From IMG/VR virus record IMGVR_UViG_3300017742_004322, positions 1-64,000 of that record: DNA of 64,000 bases; one strand, 5' to 3'. The notes below the pieces were generated by a model. That model was given only the letters and a program-made list of their open reading frames with translations. It was not told where the DNA came from and did not search any database. The stretch is from a virus. This document shows positions 49,744 to 58,309 of this stretch, piece by piece (position 1 is the stretch's first letter; each line of letters begins with the position of its first letter). A program made the position numbers and the translations under genes.

Positions 49744-50532
49744 TTATAAATCATTAATTTCACCAAATTTAGAAACATTATGTATTAAACAATCATAATC
49801 TACCTCATTGCTCAACATAAAAAAATAATCATTTATATTTGCTTTTGGTTTTTTATCTAAACCAGAATTAGTATACCTAATACCTTCTAAAGCAGCCATT
49901 ACAGGATTTGAAGTATCAATTGATTCAATACAATCAAATCCTTTATACCAACCAAATTCTTGTGGTACAGCACACCCTAATAAATGAATCCTATCATTTT
50001 GAGAGATAACTTTAGTTTTGTATAAAGCTGAAATTACTGAAAGGCGTCCTAAAGCTTTACCGATATCTTTATTTGGATGAGGGACTACATCGTTATAATA
50101 AGAAGCACCATATGAAAATGCTATTTTCCTGTATCCTAAATCTTTATATGTTTGATAACAAGTTGCAGCTTCATGAATAGTTTGTGCTTGAACTACTGCT
50201 ACTTTAGTAGTATTTTCAGGAAGTATAGTTTGAGACCATTTACGAGCATTTACTACAGAAGCATCTCGTTGTTCCCATACATCAGGAACAATAAACTCAT
50301 CTGGTTTTAATTCATTAACCCAGTGTAATAAACGATCAGTATTGTATGCTTTACCTAATTCATGGAGTGAATTATCCATAATAATATATCTTTCTTGAGC
50401 TTTTGCATCAAGGAAATATTCTAGATAACCTTCTTCTTGATCTAGTAAGTGAGGAAGACAATAATCATAATCATTAAAGTGACGACTATCTTCTAATAAA
50501 CACAAGGGGGTTTCATGGCTAACCTTTATCAT
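49744..50532 (-). CDS. TGT-fold transglycosylase (DpdA-like candidate)
   Basis: IMDNS, PD, VVQ, IHLLG and SIDTS match the TGT/DpdA catalytic layout; lies at the head of the que cluster. Confidence 0.7.
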   Translation of the reverse strand: MIKVSHETPLCLLEDSRHFNDYDYCLPHLLDQEEGYLEYFLDAKAQERYIIMDNSLHELGKAYNTDRLLHWVNELKPDEFIVPDVWEQRDASVVNARKWSQTILPENTTKVAVVQAQTIHEAATCYQTYKDLGYRKIAFSYGASYYNDVVPHPNKDIGKALGRLSVISALYKTKVISQNDRIHLLGCAVPQEFGWYKGFDCIESIDTSNPVMAALEGIRYTNSGLDKKPKANINDYFFMLSNEVDYDCLIHNVSKFGEINDL

Positions 50533-50551
50533 TGTAACTTTTTACTTTATA

Positions 50552-50584
50552 ATAAATATAATTAAAAGCAGGTGTTACTCCAAG
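50552..50584 (-). promoter_or_regulatory. Class 1 promoter heading the deazaguanine cluster
   Basis: CTTG-N20-TATATTTA. Confidence 0.6.
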
Positions 50585-50668
50585 TCCACCTAAAATAACT
50601 GTAAAAATATTTGGGTGCCAATGCTCTCCACAAAAGCCTAATGCATGTTTTAAAAATTCAATCATAAT

Positions 50669-51463
50669 TTAATTACTTAATGGTGCTTTAATTGTGGGTT
50701 GATATTTGTAGCCTTTAATCTCATAATCCCATTCTCCATTTAAGATATCTACATTAGATAACTTAATAGTAGGTAAATCAAACCCATCTCTACTAATTTG
50801 TTCTTTTGCTTGTTCAATATGATTTAAATATAAGTGGGTATCACCTAAATTCCCAATTAAATTTCCTGGTTTGTAACCAGTTTCTTCACATAATAACATT
50901 AACAATAATCCATAACTGGCAATGTTAAAAGGTAAACCTAAAAATGTATCTACTGAACGTTGGTTCCACATTAAAGATAGTTCATCATCAGCTACATAAC
51001 ACTGAAATCCATAATGACAAGGGGGTAAGGTCATTTGATTTAATTCATCTACATTCCATGCTGATACCATTAATCTTCTGCTGTTTGGATTAGATTTAAG
51101 TTCAGTAATTAGATTAGCTATTTGATCATTACCACTCCAATTTCTCCATTGTTTACCATAAATAGGACCTAATTCACCATCTGTTCTACCAGATTTTTTA
51201 TAATCACCATCCCATATCTTACAATTATTATCTTGAAGATATTTTATGTTAGTATCTCCCTTTAAAAACCACTTTAACTCAGTCACCATTGTTTTGACTG
51301 CCATTTTTTTAGTAGTAAGTAATGGAAAACCATCTGACATTTTATGTCTAATTTGCATTCCAAATTTAGATAGAGTTCCAGTGCCTGTTCTATCACCTTT
51401 TTCTTTACCATTATGCAGGAGTTCAGCTAAAATGCCTCTATACTGTTCATCTAATTTATTCAT
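50669..51463 (-). CDS. thyA: Thymidylate synthase
   Basis: DRTGTGT, LPPCH and QRSVD.FLGLPFN motifs. Confidence 0.97.
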   Translation of the reverse strand: MNKLDEQYRGILAELLHNGKEKGDRTGTGTLSKFGMQIRHKMSDGFPLLTTKKMAVKTMVTELKWFLKGDTNIKYLQDNNCKIWDGDYKKSGRTDGELGPIYGKQWRNWSGNDQIANLITELKSNPNSRRLMVSAWNVDELNQMTLPPCHYGFQCYVADDELSLMWNQRSVDTFLGLPFNIASYGLLLMLLCEETGYKPGNLIGNLGDTHLYLNHIEQAKEQISRDGFDLPTIKLSNVDILNGEWDYEIKGYKYQPTIKAPLSN

Positions 51464-51467
51464 ATTA

Positions 51468-51998
51468 TTATTTCACTTTTTTAGGTCTTCCTCGTTTTGA
51501 TTTTTTAACTGAGTATGGGGTTTCGTATTTAAATTCCATACAATATTTGTAATAAGATAATAACTCTCCAGGCCAATTGCAAAGTTCTTCTTCAAGCTCT
51601 AAACGGGTTATGTTGAATGTTGTTGTAAATGCATCATATAATGCCTCTAAACGAGTGGTTTCTTCTTTCCAATAATCCTCCATTAGACGTTTATAGCGAG
51701 CAAGATCAACAGCTAATATCTCTAATTGGTCTGAATGATTGTGTTTATTAAGGTTAACTTTGTCCTTAGCATTATGTAATGATAGTTGGGCTTGCATAAA
51801 ATATGATGATTCATTAAAATCACCATTAACAATACGCTCTTTTAAAGTCGCGCGTTTACCCAATGGCTTAATTCCATCCGTATGACTGCGCCACCACATA
51901 AAGCGATTGTAATTTAGCGGTTGATATCGCGCTAAATTCTTATAGACTACATCGAGTGGTTGGGTTAAAGCTTCTTCTCTAATAAATCTAAAAGGCAT
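51468..51998 (-). CDS. Hypothetical phage protein
   Basis: 176-aa ORF with an AT-hook-like KRGRPKK tail. Confidence 0.65.
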   Translation of the reverse strand: MPFRFIREEALTQPLDVVYKNLARYQPLNYNRFMWWRSHTDGIKPLGKRATLKERIVNGDFNESSYFMQAQLSLHNAKDKVNLNKHNHSDQLEILAVDLARYKRLMEDYWKEETTRLEALYDAFTTTFNITRLELEEELCNWPGELLSYYKYCMEFKYETPYSVKKSKRGRPKKVK

Positions 51999-52215
51999 CT
52001 TCTGGTTTTCCTGGGTTGCGTAATAATGTCTGTTGTAAATCCTTTAATGAACGAAAATCGGTAATTTCATCTAGGTATCCAAATTCATCTTTTGGGGGAG
52101 TTGATTTAGGGATAAGATTAGGAGCATTTTGTCTAGCCCATCTTATATAGCCTGGATCGTTTAATTCAACATCAGCTAAAGTATAACCTTTATATTTTCC
52201 GAATTTAAACGTCAT
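51988..52215 (-). CDS. DUF3820/ExoX-C-terminal-like small protein
   Basis: F.FGKYKG..L..V...D.GY..W. Confidence 0.65.
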   Translation of the reverse strand: MTFKFGKYKGYTLADVELNDPGYIRWARQNAPNLIPKSTPPKDEFGYLDEITDFRSLKDLQQTLLRNPGKPEDAF

Positions 52216-52413
52216 TTCGATAAATCTAGTCTACTTAAAATCATTTCATCCGAAGCACCTTCCATATAAAATACAAAACGATGACATTGTGCTTTAGTCC
52301 CAGTATGTACTACTTTATCTTGAAAGATTACTACGTGTTTAGGAACTACTTTATCCTTTAATTGGATTGATTCAGTTGGAATTTTAACTATTTTCATTTA
52401 TCTAATGTATTAC

Positions 52414-52446
52414 TTAAATATACGAAATTACTATTGGGCATCCAAA
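52414..52446 (-). promoter_or_regulatory. Class 1 promoter
   Basis: TTTGG-N15-TTCGTATATTTAA. Confidence 0.7.
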
Positions 52447-52538
52447 TCATACATACAGTAATGTTGAAAGTCGGGACCTTCAACTATCATTAACTTGTCT
52501 CCTGTTAACTCACACGTAAATCTTCTAACTACATTCAT
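52431..52538 (-). CDS. 35-aa peptide (not in ORF track), paralog of 52597-52764
   Basis: MNVVRRFTCELTGDKLMIVEGPDFQHYCMYDLDAQ. Confidence 0.7.
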   Translation of the reverse strand: MNVVRRFTCELTGDKLMIVEGPDFQHYCMYDLDAQ

Positions 52539-52559
52539 AACTTTTATTTTTATTAACAC

Positions 52560-52592
52560 GTAAATATACGAAGACCCTTTCGGGTCTCCAAA
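52560..52592 (-). promoter_or_regulatory. Class 1 promoter with a GAAA-tetraloop hairpin in the spacer
   Basis: TTTGG-AGACCC-GAAA-GGGTCT-TCGTATATTTAC. Confidence 0.8.
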
Positions 52593-52596
52593 TAAA

Positions 52597-52764
52597 TTAA
52601 TACATTTCGCTTACTAAATGATGGCGATCATATTCAGCCATTGATAAAGCATATACATCCCATCCTTCACCTTCGGTAACACACTTTTCAACACCATTCT
52701 CTCTAATGACTGCTAATTTATCACCTGTTAACTCACAATCGAAAAATCTAACTAACTGCTTCAT
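52597..52764 (-). CDS. 55-aa protein with CELTGDKL motif
   Basis: True start MKQLVRFFDCELTGDKL, downstream of the promoter at 52802-52834. Confidence 0.7.
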   Translation of the reverse strand: MKQLVRFFDCELTGDKLAVIRENGVEKCVTEGEGWDVYALSMAEYDRHHLVSEMY

Positions 52765-52801
52765 AACCTTTATTTTGTGGCTTCTTGCCTTATTTAACAC
52801 C

Positions 52802-52834
52802 GTGAATATACGAAGGGGCTTTCGCCCCTCCAAA
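52802..52834 (-). promoter_or_regulatory. Class 1 promoter with a GAAA-tetraloop hairpin in the spacer (may also terminate the lysis operon)
   Basis: TTTGG-AGGGGC-GAAA-GCCCCT-TCGTATATTCAC. Confidence 0.8.
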
Positions 52835-52837
52835 TAT

Positions 52838-53950
52838 TTAATATGTTATAGTTAAATCTTCATCTTCTAGATTTTTATAATCATCATGGAATTTTTTTTC
52901 TATTCGTCTTCTCCTAAATTCACCTAAAGCAATTTTATTTTCTAAGTTATCCATTTTAGTTTTAACATATTCTTCTTCAGTAAGGGTAGGTAGGGTATGT
53001 TTTTTTAATAAACCATCCCATCCAGGGATTAAAGCAGGGTTTATAGGAAAGGAAAGAATTTTTTCTTTTAGGGTTGGTTTTTTAATTATTTCTTCATCAT
53101 TATCTTCATCTGTAAGTTTTTCCCCATAAATATTTTCTTTTGGATTTAATTTTTCAAAAGCAAAATTAGCAGCAATTACAAGAGCAATGGCTAAAGGATC
53201 AAATACAAATATAATAGTTAAAAGTAACCAATTAATAATTTTATCCATTGGTATACCCGTTAATCCTGAGAGATATTTTAAGGGGCCTAATTCACCTGCT
53301 ATGTCATTATTAGTTTTTACTTCTACTATCTCAGTTTCATATTTAAATAATTGTTCATTTAAATTATCTACTTTAGTATTAATTTCAGTTTGACGAGCTA
53401 TAGCTTGGTCTAATTGTCTTTCTAATGCCCTACGAGTTGAACTAGAAGTTGTGTTGATAATCTGACCAGTTTCCTTGTCTTTATACTGGATTTTATTGTT
53501 AGATAAGCCAGACCTCAAATCAGATACTGCCCCGTTAATGGTGCTTTTTTCCGCGTTGTATACCGCTAATTGTTCCCTAATATTATCTCGTTTAGTTTCA
53601 ATTAAAGCAATTTGAGAATCTATACTTCCTGCTTTAGCTGCTGTTTCTTGATAGGCAGCTGAAAGGAAACCATAAATACCCATACTAGTAATTAATACTA
53701 GAACAAAAGCAGCTATTGTTAAATAGTATTTTAATAATTTAGGGATTGATTTACGATACTGGTAGAGTAGGGATGCAATGACTAATTTAGCTACTTCTAA
53801 TGAAGTAGCCATAATTATTACAGCTAAAGTAGCCCCAGCAAAAAGTTTGCTAAGACCGCTAACTGAATAGAAAGCGGCCGAAGCAGAAACTGACAGGGCA
53901 GAGGATGCGATTATAAAAGGAAATATCCTTTTTTGGATTTTTTTCCACAT
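52838..53950 (-). CDS. Membrane protein: 3 TM, long coiled coil, 1 TM (DUF4407-like)
   Basis: Hydropathy pattern; GPL.Y and IIFVFDPLA motifs. Confidence 0.65.
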   Translation of the reverse strand: MWKKIQKRIFPFIIASSALSVSASAAFYSVSGLSKLFAGATLAVIIMATSLEVAKLVIASLLYQYRKSIPKLLKYYLTIAAFVLVLITSMGIYGFLSAAYQETAAKAGSIDSQIALIETKRDNIREQLAVYNAEKSTINGAVSDLRSGLSNNKIQYKDKETGQIINTTSSSTRRALERQLDQAIARQTEINTKVDNLNEQLFKYETEIVEVKTNNDIAGELGPLKYLSGLTGIPMDKIINWLLLTIIFVFDPLAIALVIAANFAFEKLNPKENIYGEKLTDEDNDEEIIKKPTLKEKILSFPINPALIPGWDGLLKKHTLPTLTEEEYVKTKMDNLENKIALGEFRRRRIEKKFHDDYKNLEDEDLTITY

Positions 53951-53956
53951 GGGGGT

Positions 53957-54376
53957 TTACTTTCTAAAGCCCTTGTGGTTATCTATGCGATCTAATAATT
54001 TATTTAATTCTTCAGCTTTTATAAATCCAGCCATAGATGCATTTTTAAGGGCACTGATTATTTGTAATATAATGAACGGTATGATAACTGCTTCGCTAAG
54101 CCAAGCTGTTCCTGTAAAACCTTTTTCTACCATTAATACTACTGTTAAAAACATAACCCAACCTATAGCACGTTGTAATACACGAACTGCTTTTCTTGTT
54201 TGAAAACCTTCACGTTTAATTCCAGCTACTATACCAAAAAAACCATCTATAAAGACAACAGCTATTAAGCCAAGATATTGTTCAGCGTTACTCATAGTAA
54301 GCTCCATAAAATAAGAGCATAAAAAAGATAGTGTCAAAATAGGGACGGTTAAGAAAGTTATAGTGGAAGTTTTCAT
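53957..54376 (-). CDS. Phage holin (Hol44/TcdE-like)
   Basis: Several TM segments; ID...G and ...S.L.N...G pattern; adjacent to the endolysin. Confidence 0.7.
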   Translation of the reverse strand: MKTSTITFLTVPILTLSFLCSYFMELTMSNAEQYLGLIAVVFIDGFFGIVAGIKREGFQTRKAVRVLQRAIGWVMFLTVVLMVEKGFTGTAWLSEAVIIPFIILQIISALKNASMAGFIKAEELNKLLDRIDNHKGFRK

Positions 54377-54843
54377 ATTGACCAGTTTTCGTAATAAGTC
54401 TTTCCTTTGGAATTTCTTTTAGCTGATAGGATTTGGCCTCTTTGTTCTCCATCACTATTATATGAAACATGAACCCAATCAGGTCTTTCGTTAGTTCCAA
54501 ATTCCCAGATTAATTGGTCAAATGGTAAATTTTCTCTAATATAATGAAATATTTCTTCATTTTCTGGGCCATTTCGATAATCCATATCAATATCAATAGC
54601 TTCACCTTTTGAATGTTGTGAAGTCTTGGAGCCACCAATTGCTTCATTTAAAGCTTGGCTTCTATATCCTGAAGAAATGAAAATAGGTTTAGCGAAGTGT
54701 TCTCTAATTGGTTGAAATATTTTTTCAGCTAATAATTTAGCTGCCTCTAGATGTTTGCCTTTAGGAGTATTATCTAAACCTCTACGTTTTGCAGTTGAAG
54801 ATCTAGTAAATTCACCTAAAGATAAGTTTTTAGATAATTTCAT
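54373..54843 (-). CDS. Zn-dependent peptidase M15 (endolysin candidate)
   Basis: SSGYRS..LN..IGG...SQH..G.A.D and WVHVS motifs; true start MKLSKNLSL at 54843. Confidence 0.9.
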   Translation of the reverse strand: MKLSKNLSLGEFTRSSTAKRRGLDNTPKGKHLEAAKLLAEKIFQPIREHFAKPIFISSGYRSQALNEAIGGSKTSQHSKGEAIDIDMDYRNGPENEEIFHYIRENLPFDQLIWEFGTNERPDWVHVSYNSDGEQRGQILSAKRNSKGKTYYENWSI

Positions 54844-54850
54844 AAGTTTA

Positions 54851-54925
54851 CTAATTACAATTACAGCATGAACATCCACAGGTAAAGTGACAATTACATA
54901 CTATACAATTACAGCTATTTTTCAT
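54851..54925 (-). CDS. 24-aa Cys-rich metallothionein-like peptide (not in ORF track)
   Basis: MKNSCNCIVCNCHFTCGCSCCNCN. Its ATG overlaps the upstream TGA (ATGA) and it fills the gap before the endolysin. Confidence 0.7.
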   Translation of the reverse strand: MKNSCNCIVCNCHFTCGCSCCNCN

Positions 54926-55143
54926 TTTTTAGCAAATTTTTCTAATCCTGCGATACCAAATGAACCTAATGTGATAAATACAAATGAGTTATAAATGAAT
55001 TCTTGAATTACTAAGTCTTTACCAAAGTAACCTGTTACTAAGTCTACTATAGCAAATATTACCATTACAGCAAACGCCATAAATCCAATAACATTCTTTT
55101 CATTTACGTTATTATCATCTTTAAAAATATCTTTAAAGGCCAT
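54922..55143 (-). CDS. Small 2-TM holin-like protein
   Basis: Two TM helices and a charged C-terminus; first gene of the lysis cassette. Confidence 0.55.
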   Translation of the reverse strand: MAFKDIFKDDNNVNEKNVIGFMAFAVMVIFAIVDLVTGYFGKDLVIQEFIYNSFVFITLGSFGIAGLEKFAKK

Positions 55144-55211
55144 GATTTTATTTTTTATATTATTAGGCATATAAAAACCATTAAGTATAACAAATTATAT
55201 GCTTATACATA

Positions 55212-55751
55212 TTATTTATTTTTATAGAAAAACTCTAAAATTTCTTTTTCTAACACAGTATCCATAACAAAATTATCGCCATATTGAATACTTGTAAAAG
55301 TTCCATCATTTTCATTAACAATTTCAATAATATAATCTATTTCATCATATATTAAACTATAACTTTCACTTTTTTTAACTAAATTAATGCTTTTGTTTTT
55401 ATCTTCTTGAATCCCAGTAAATGTAATTTCTTTATTACTTAAATCCGGAACATTAGTAAGCTTAGTTACACACTGGGCATAATTTGAGTGAAGAGTATCA
55501 ATTAGATATGTATTATCTAATTCACTCATTAAATATAATCTTTGTTTTGAGTCTAATCCACCAGCTTTGAAATCACCAGTATATTGCACCATTGGTAATG
55601 ATAATAAAACTAATTTTAATTCCGGGGCAAGCTTATTAAAATTTACTACAGAAGTTATTTGATTACTATTATTAATATCTCTATTAAAAGGTAAAGATAG
55701 AAGATCATAAAAAGTCTTTGTGCTAAGATTATCTAATATCTGAGGGCTCAT
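55212..55751 (-). CDS. Hypothetical soluble protein, last gene of the kinase operon
   Basis: 179-aa ORF starting 1 nt after the upstream stop. Confidence 0.65.
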   Translation of the reverse strand: MSPQILDNLSTKTFYDLLSLPFNRDINNSNQITSVVNFNKLAPELKLVLLSLPMVQYTGDFKAGGLDSKQRLYLMSELDNTYLIDTLHSNYAQCVTKLTNVPDLSNKEITFTGIQEDKNKSINLVKKSESYSLIYDEIDYIIEIVNENDGTFTSIQYGDNFVMDTVLEKEILEFFYKNK

Positions 55752-55752
55752 T

Positions 55753-56325
55753 TTATTCTTTTTCTGTTGCGTATTTAACTCCCATAATTGTGCCTACAAT
55801 AGAAAATGCATTTGTAAGTAAAATACCAAACATATTACTCCAGGTTGATCCTATAATTTGAGTATCTGCTCCTGAAGTTAGTGCGATAGCATACATAATT
55901 GTAGTAATTATACCCACACCAACTATTACTACTAAAGCAACTTTCACAATTGTACTAATTAGTTCAAATTGGGTTTTCTTTTGCATTACTTCTAAATCTT
56001 CTAATGCTTTATCCTTACCCTTTTCTGCTTTTTCTCTTAATTGATTTGATGATTCTAATGCTACTTGAAGCTCCTTCATTAGAGTATCATTTTCTTTTTG
56101 TTTTTCAACAAGTTCTCCATTTTGTTTTTGAACTTGTTTCGTAACCTCTAAACGTTTTTTACGTCTAGTAGTATCTTTTTCTTTACAGAGTTCAAGATAT
56201 TTCTCAAATTCATTATCACCTTTTGGGGCTTTAAGAAGTTTAAGGAAATTTCCTTCTACATAGATTTTTCTTTTTTTAGCAACCTCTAGTAGAACATTTC
56301 TTACATGCTCTGTTATTTCTATCAT
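55753..56325 (-). CDS. Coiled-coil plus 2-TM membrane protein, coupled to the response regulator
   Basis: Helical N-terminal domain, heptad region, two C-terminal TM helices; TAATG overlap with the receiver gene. Confidence 0.75.
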   Translation of the reverse strand: MIEITEHVRNVLLEVAKKRKIYVEGNFLKLLKAPKGDNEFEKYLELCKEKDTTRRKKRLEVTKQVQKQNGELVEKQKENDTLMKELQVALESSNQLREKAEKGKDKALEDLEVMQKKTQFELISTIVKVALVVIVGVGIITTIMYAIALTSGADTQIIGSTWSNMFGILLTNAFSIVGTIMGVKYATEKE

Positions 56326-56762
56326 TACCTATAAACTTTAAATTCAGCTGATCTATCTTTATAAGCATCATAATCTGTCATAAATTCTTCTAATCGAGGT
56401 TCAATATCATCTGATTTAATAATCCAAAATTGAGCTCCAGCGGCTTTTGCTTTTTCAATTTCTTGATTGTCATCTGATGATGATATAATTCCTATTACAC
56501 ATCCATTACCATACTCAAAATTAATTTTACGAATTAACTCAATTCCATCAAAAGATGAACCAAGTATATTTAAATCAACAAATACACATTCGGGGCGTTC
56601 TTCATTAGGGTCATCGGGCCACCATTCTTTAAATTTAAGATTAGCTTCATCTGAAGAATTAAGGGCTTCTAGAGATAAAGTTATATCTAAGATGCTACAG
56701 GCATCTTCAAATACCAAGTGGAATAGATCCTCATCGTCTATAAGTAATATAGAATTTATCAT
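56325..56762 (-). CDS. Stand-alone response regulator (receiver domain)
   Basis: ILLIDDE, phospho-acceptor FVDLN, DGIEL, ISSS and AGA..WIIK motifs; no output domain. Confidence 0.92.
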   Translation of the reverse strand: MINSILLIDDEDLFHLVFEDACSILDITLSLEALNSSDEANLKFKEWWPDDPNEERPECVFVDLNILGSSFDGIELIRKINFEYGNGCVIGIISSSDDNQEIEKAKAAGAQFWIIKSDDIEPRLEEFMTDYDAYKDRSAEFKVYR

Positions 56763-57997
56763 GTTGTTTTAATTTTTATTTTTAATATAGTTCCTGTTTT
56801 TGTTTTTTCAGAGGTTATAGCAAAACCATGTTCTTTTAATATTGCGATACATATATTTAATCCTAACCCTGATCCTCCTTCTTTTTGCCCTGCTTTTCTA
56901 GTATATGGTTTTGATAATTGAAGGAATTCTTCATTAGTCATTCCTCTTCCATTATCTTCTATACATAAAGTAGAATCATTACCCATATAAATAGATACTA
57001 ATTTAGTAGAACTATCATTATATTTTAACCCATTTCTAATTAAATTGTCTATTGCTGTACAAAATAAAGGTTCATTTACATTTACTACAGGTAAACTTTT
57101 AATTTTAACTTGCTTAATATAAGATGTAGCAGATAAATAATTATTTAGTATAACTGCTAAATTATGATCTTCCATATCTAATTGAGCATCTTCTTTTACT
57201 AAGTTAGTAAATTCTTTAACTCCAGCATAAACTCTTTGTGTATGTTTTAAACCTTCTTCTAACATTTTTAAAGGAGCTTCTATTTTTAATTCTTTAATTT
57301 TTTCAGCAGAAACTCTTCTTTTTAAAGAAGTTAACCCCCTAGGCATATATGTGTTAATTCCACTATGCATATCGTGTCTTAAAATTTTAGCAGCATGTTC
57401 TAAATAAGAATTTTTCTGGTTGACTTCAATTTCAGCATTGTGTTGTATAGTTGTATCTGTTGCTATTTTTAAAACTTTATTATACCCACCCTTAGGATCT
57501 TTTATTGGAGTATAATTACCAAATAACCAACGAGAAGTACCATCCCTAGCAATTCTTTCAAATTCACCACTAATAGTTTCACCTCTTTGTAGTCTTTTCC
57601 AAAATTCATGATAGTCTAAACTATTGCTATACTCTTTAGGAACCATATATCTATGGTTTTTGTTTTTTAATTCTTTTTCTGTATAACCCATAGTAGTACA
57701 AAAGTTGCTATTATGAGATAAAATTTTCCCTTCCATATTAAGTACTACTACTATATTTGATTTATCAATTGCATTTAATTGTAAATCAATATTTGCTTCT
57801 TTTAATTTAGAAGTACGATTAAAATCCCAAATAATATAAGAAAAGAAAGGAATTAGGGCAATTATACATCCATACCCAAATTCAGCTAAAAAATAACTAA
57901 ACTCAAATACTCTAAATACAAGAAAAGTTTCTAATATAAAGAATATAAGTATAATTCCAACTGATATGCCTAAACATATTTTTGTAGCTTTATTCAT
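56759..57997 (-). CDS. Membrane PAS/PAC sensor histidine kinase
   Basis: Two N-terminal TMs; PAS/PAC (N..F...GY..EL, FW..L..G, RDG..RW, PI.D, D.T); H-box RHD; N-box NLIRNGLKY; G1 DNGRG; G2 GSGLGL. Confidence 0.93.
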   Translation of the reverse strand: MNKATKICLGISVGIILIFFILETFLVFRVFEFSYFLAEFGYGCIIALIPFFSYIIWDFNRTSKLKEANIDLQLNAIDKSNIVVVLNMEGKILSHNSNFCTTMGYTEKELKNKNHRYMVPKEYSNSLDYHEFWKRLQRGETISGEFERIARDGTSRWLFGNYTPIKDPKGGYNKVLKIATDTTIQHNAEIEVNQKNSYLEHAAKILRHDMHSGINTYMPRGLTSLKRRVSAEKIKELKIEAPLKMLEEGLKHTQRVYAGVKEFTNLVKEDAQLDMEDHNLAVILNNYLSATSYIKQVKIKSLPVVNVNEPLFCTAIDNLIRNGLKYNDSSTKLVSIYMGNDSTLCIEDNGRGMTNEEFLQLSKPYTRKAGQKEGGSGLGLNICIAILKEHGFAITSEKTKTGTILKIKIKTT

Positions 57998-58009
57998 AGT
58001 TATAAATAT

Positions 58010-58038
58010 AAAAAAAGGAACGCTAAATTGCGTTCCTT
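58010..58038 (-). terminator. Terminator insulating the kinase operon
   Basis: AAGGAACGC-AATTTA-GCGTTCC followed by T7. Confidence 0.85.
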
Positions 58039-58061
58039 CTTGGCATTTTAAATAAAGTAAT

Positions 58062-58274
58062 TTACTTTTTTATTAGCTTAGATACCTTTAATTTTACAAT
58101 ATCCCAATTACGAGTTGCAAATACACCAAAAGCAAACCCAGCATAAATTTTGTAGCCAAAAGCCCATAAGATAAGACCGGCAATTAAACCTACTACACCT
58201 TCAATTCCGTTAGCTATAACCCAATCTTTAATAGTTATAAAGATTTTTTTGATAAAGTTTAATACTTTTTTCAT
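58062..58274 (-). CDS. Small membrane protein
   Basis: 70 aa with a Gly-rich hydrophobic hairpin and basic ends. Confidence 0.65.
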   Translation of the reverse strand: MKKVLNFIKKIFITIKDWVIANGIEGVVGLIAGLILWAFGYKIYAGFAFGVFATRNWDIVKLKVSKLIKK

Positions 58275-58309
58275 AATTAATTATTTTAAAATTACATTAA
58301 TAAATATTA

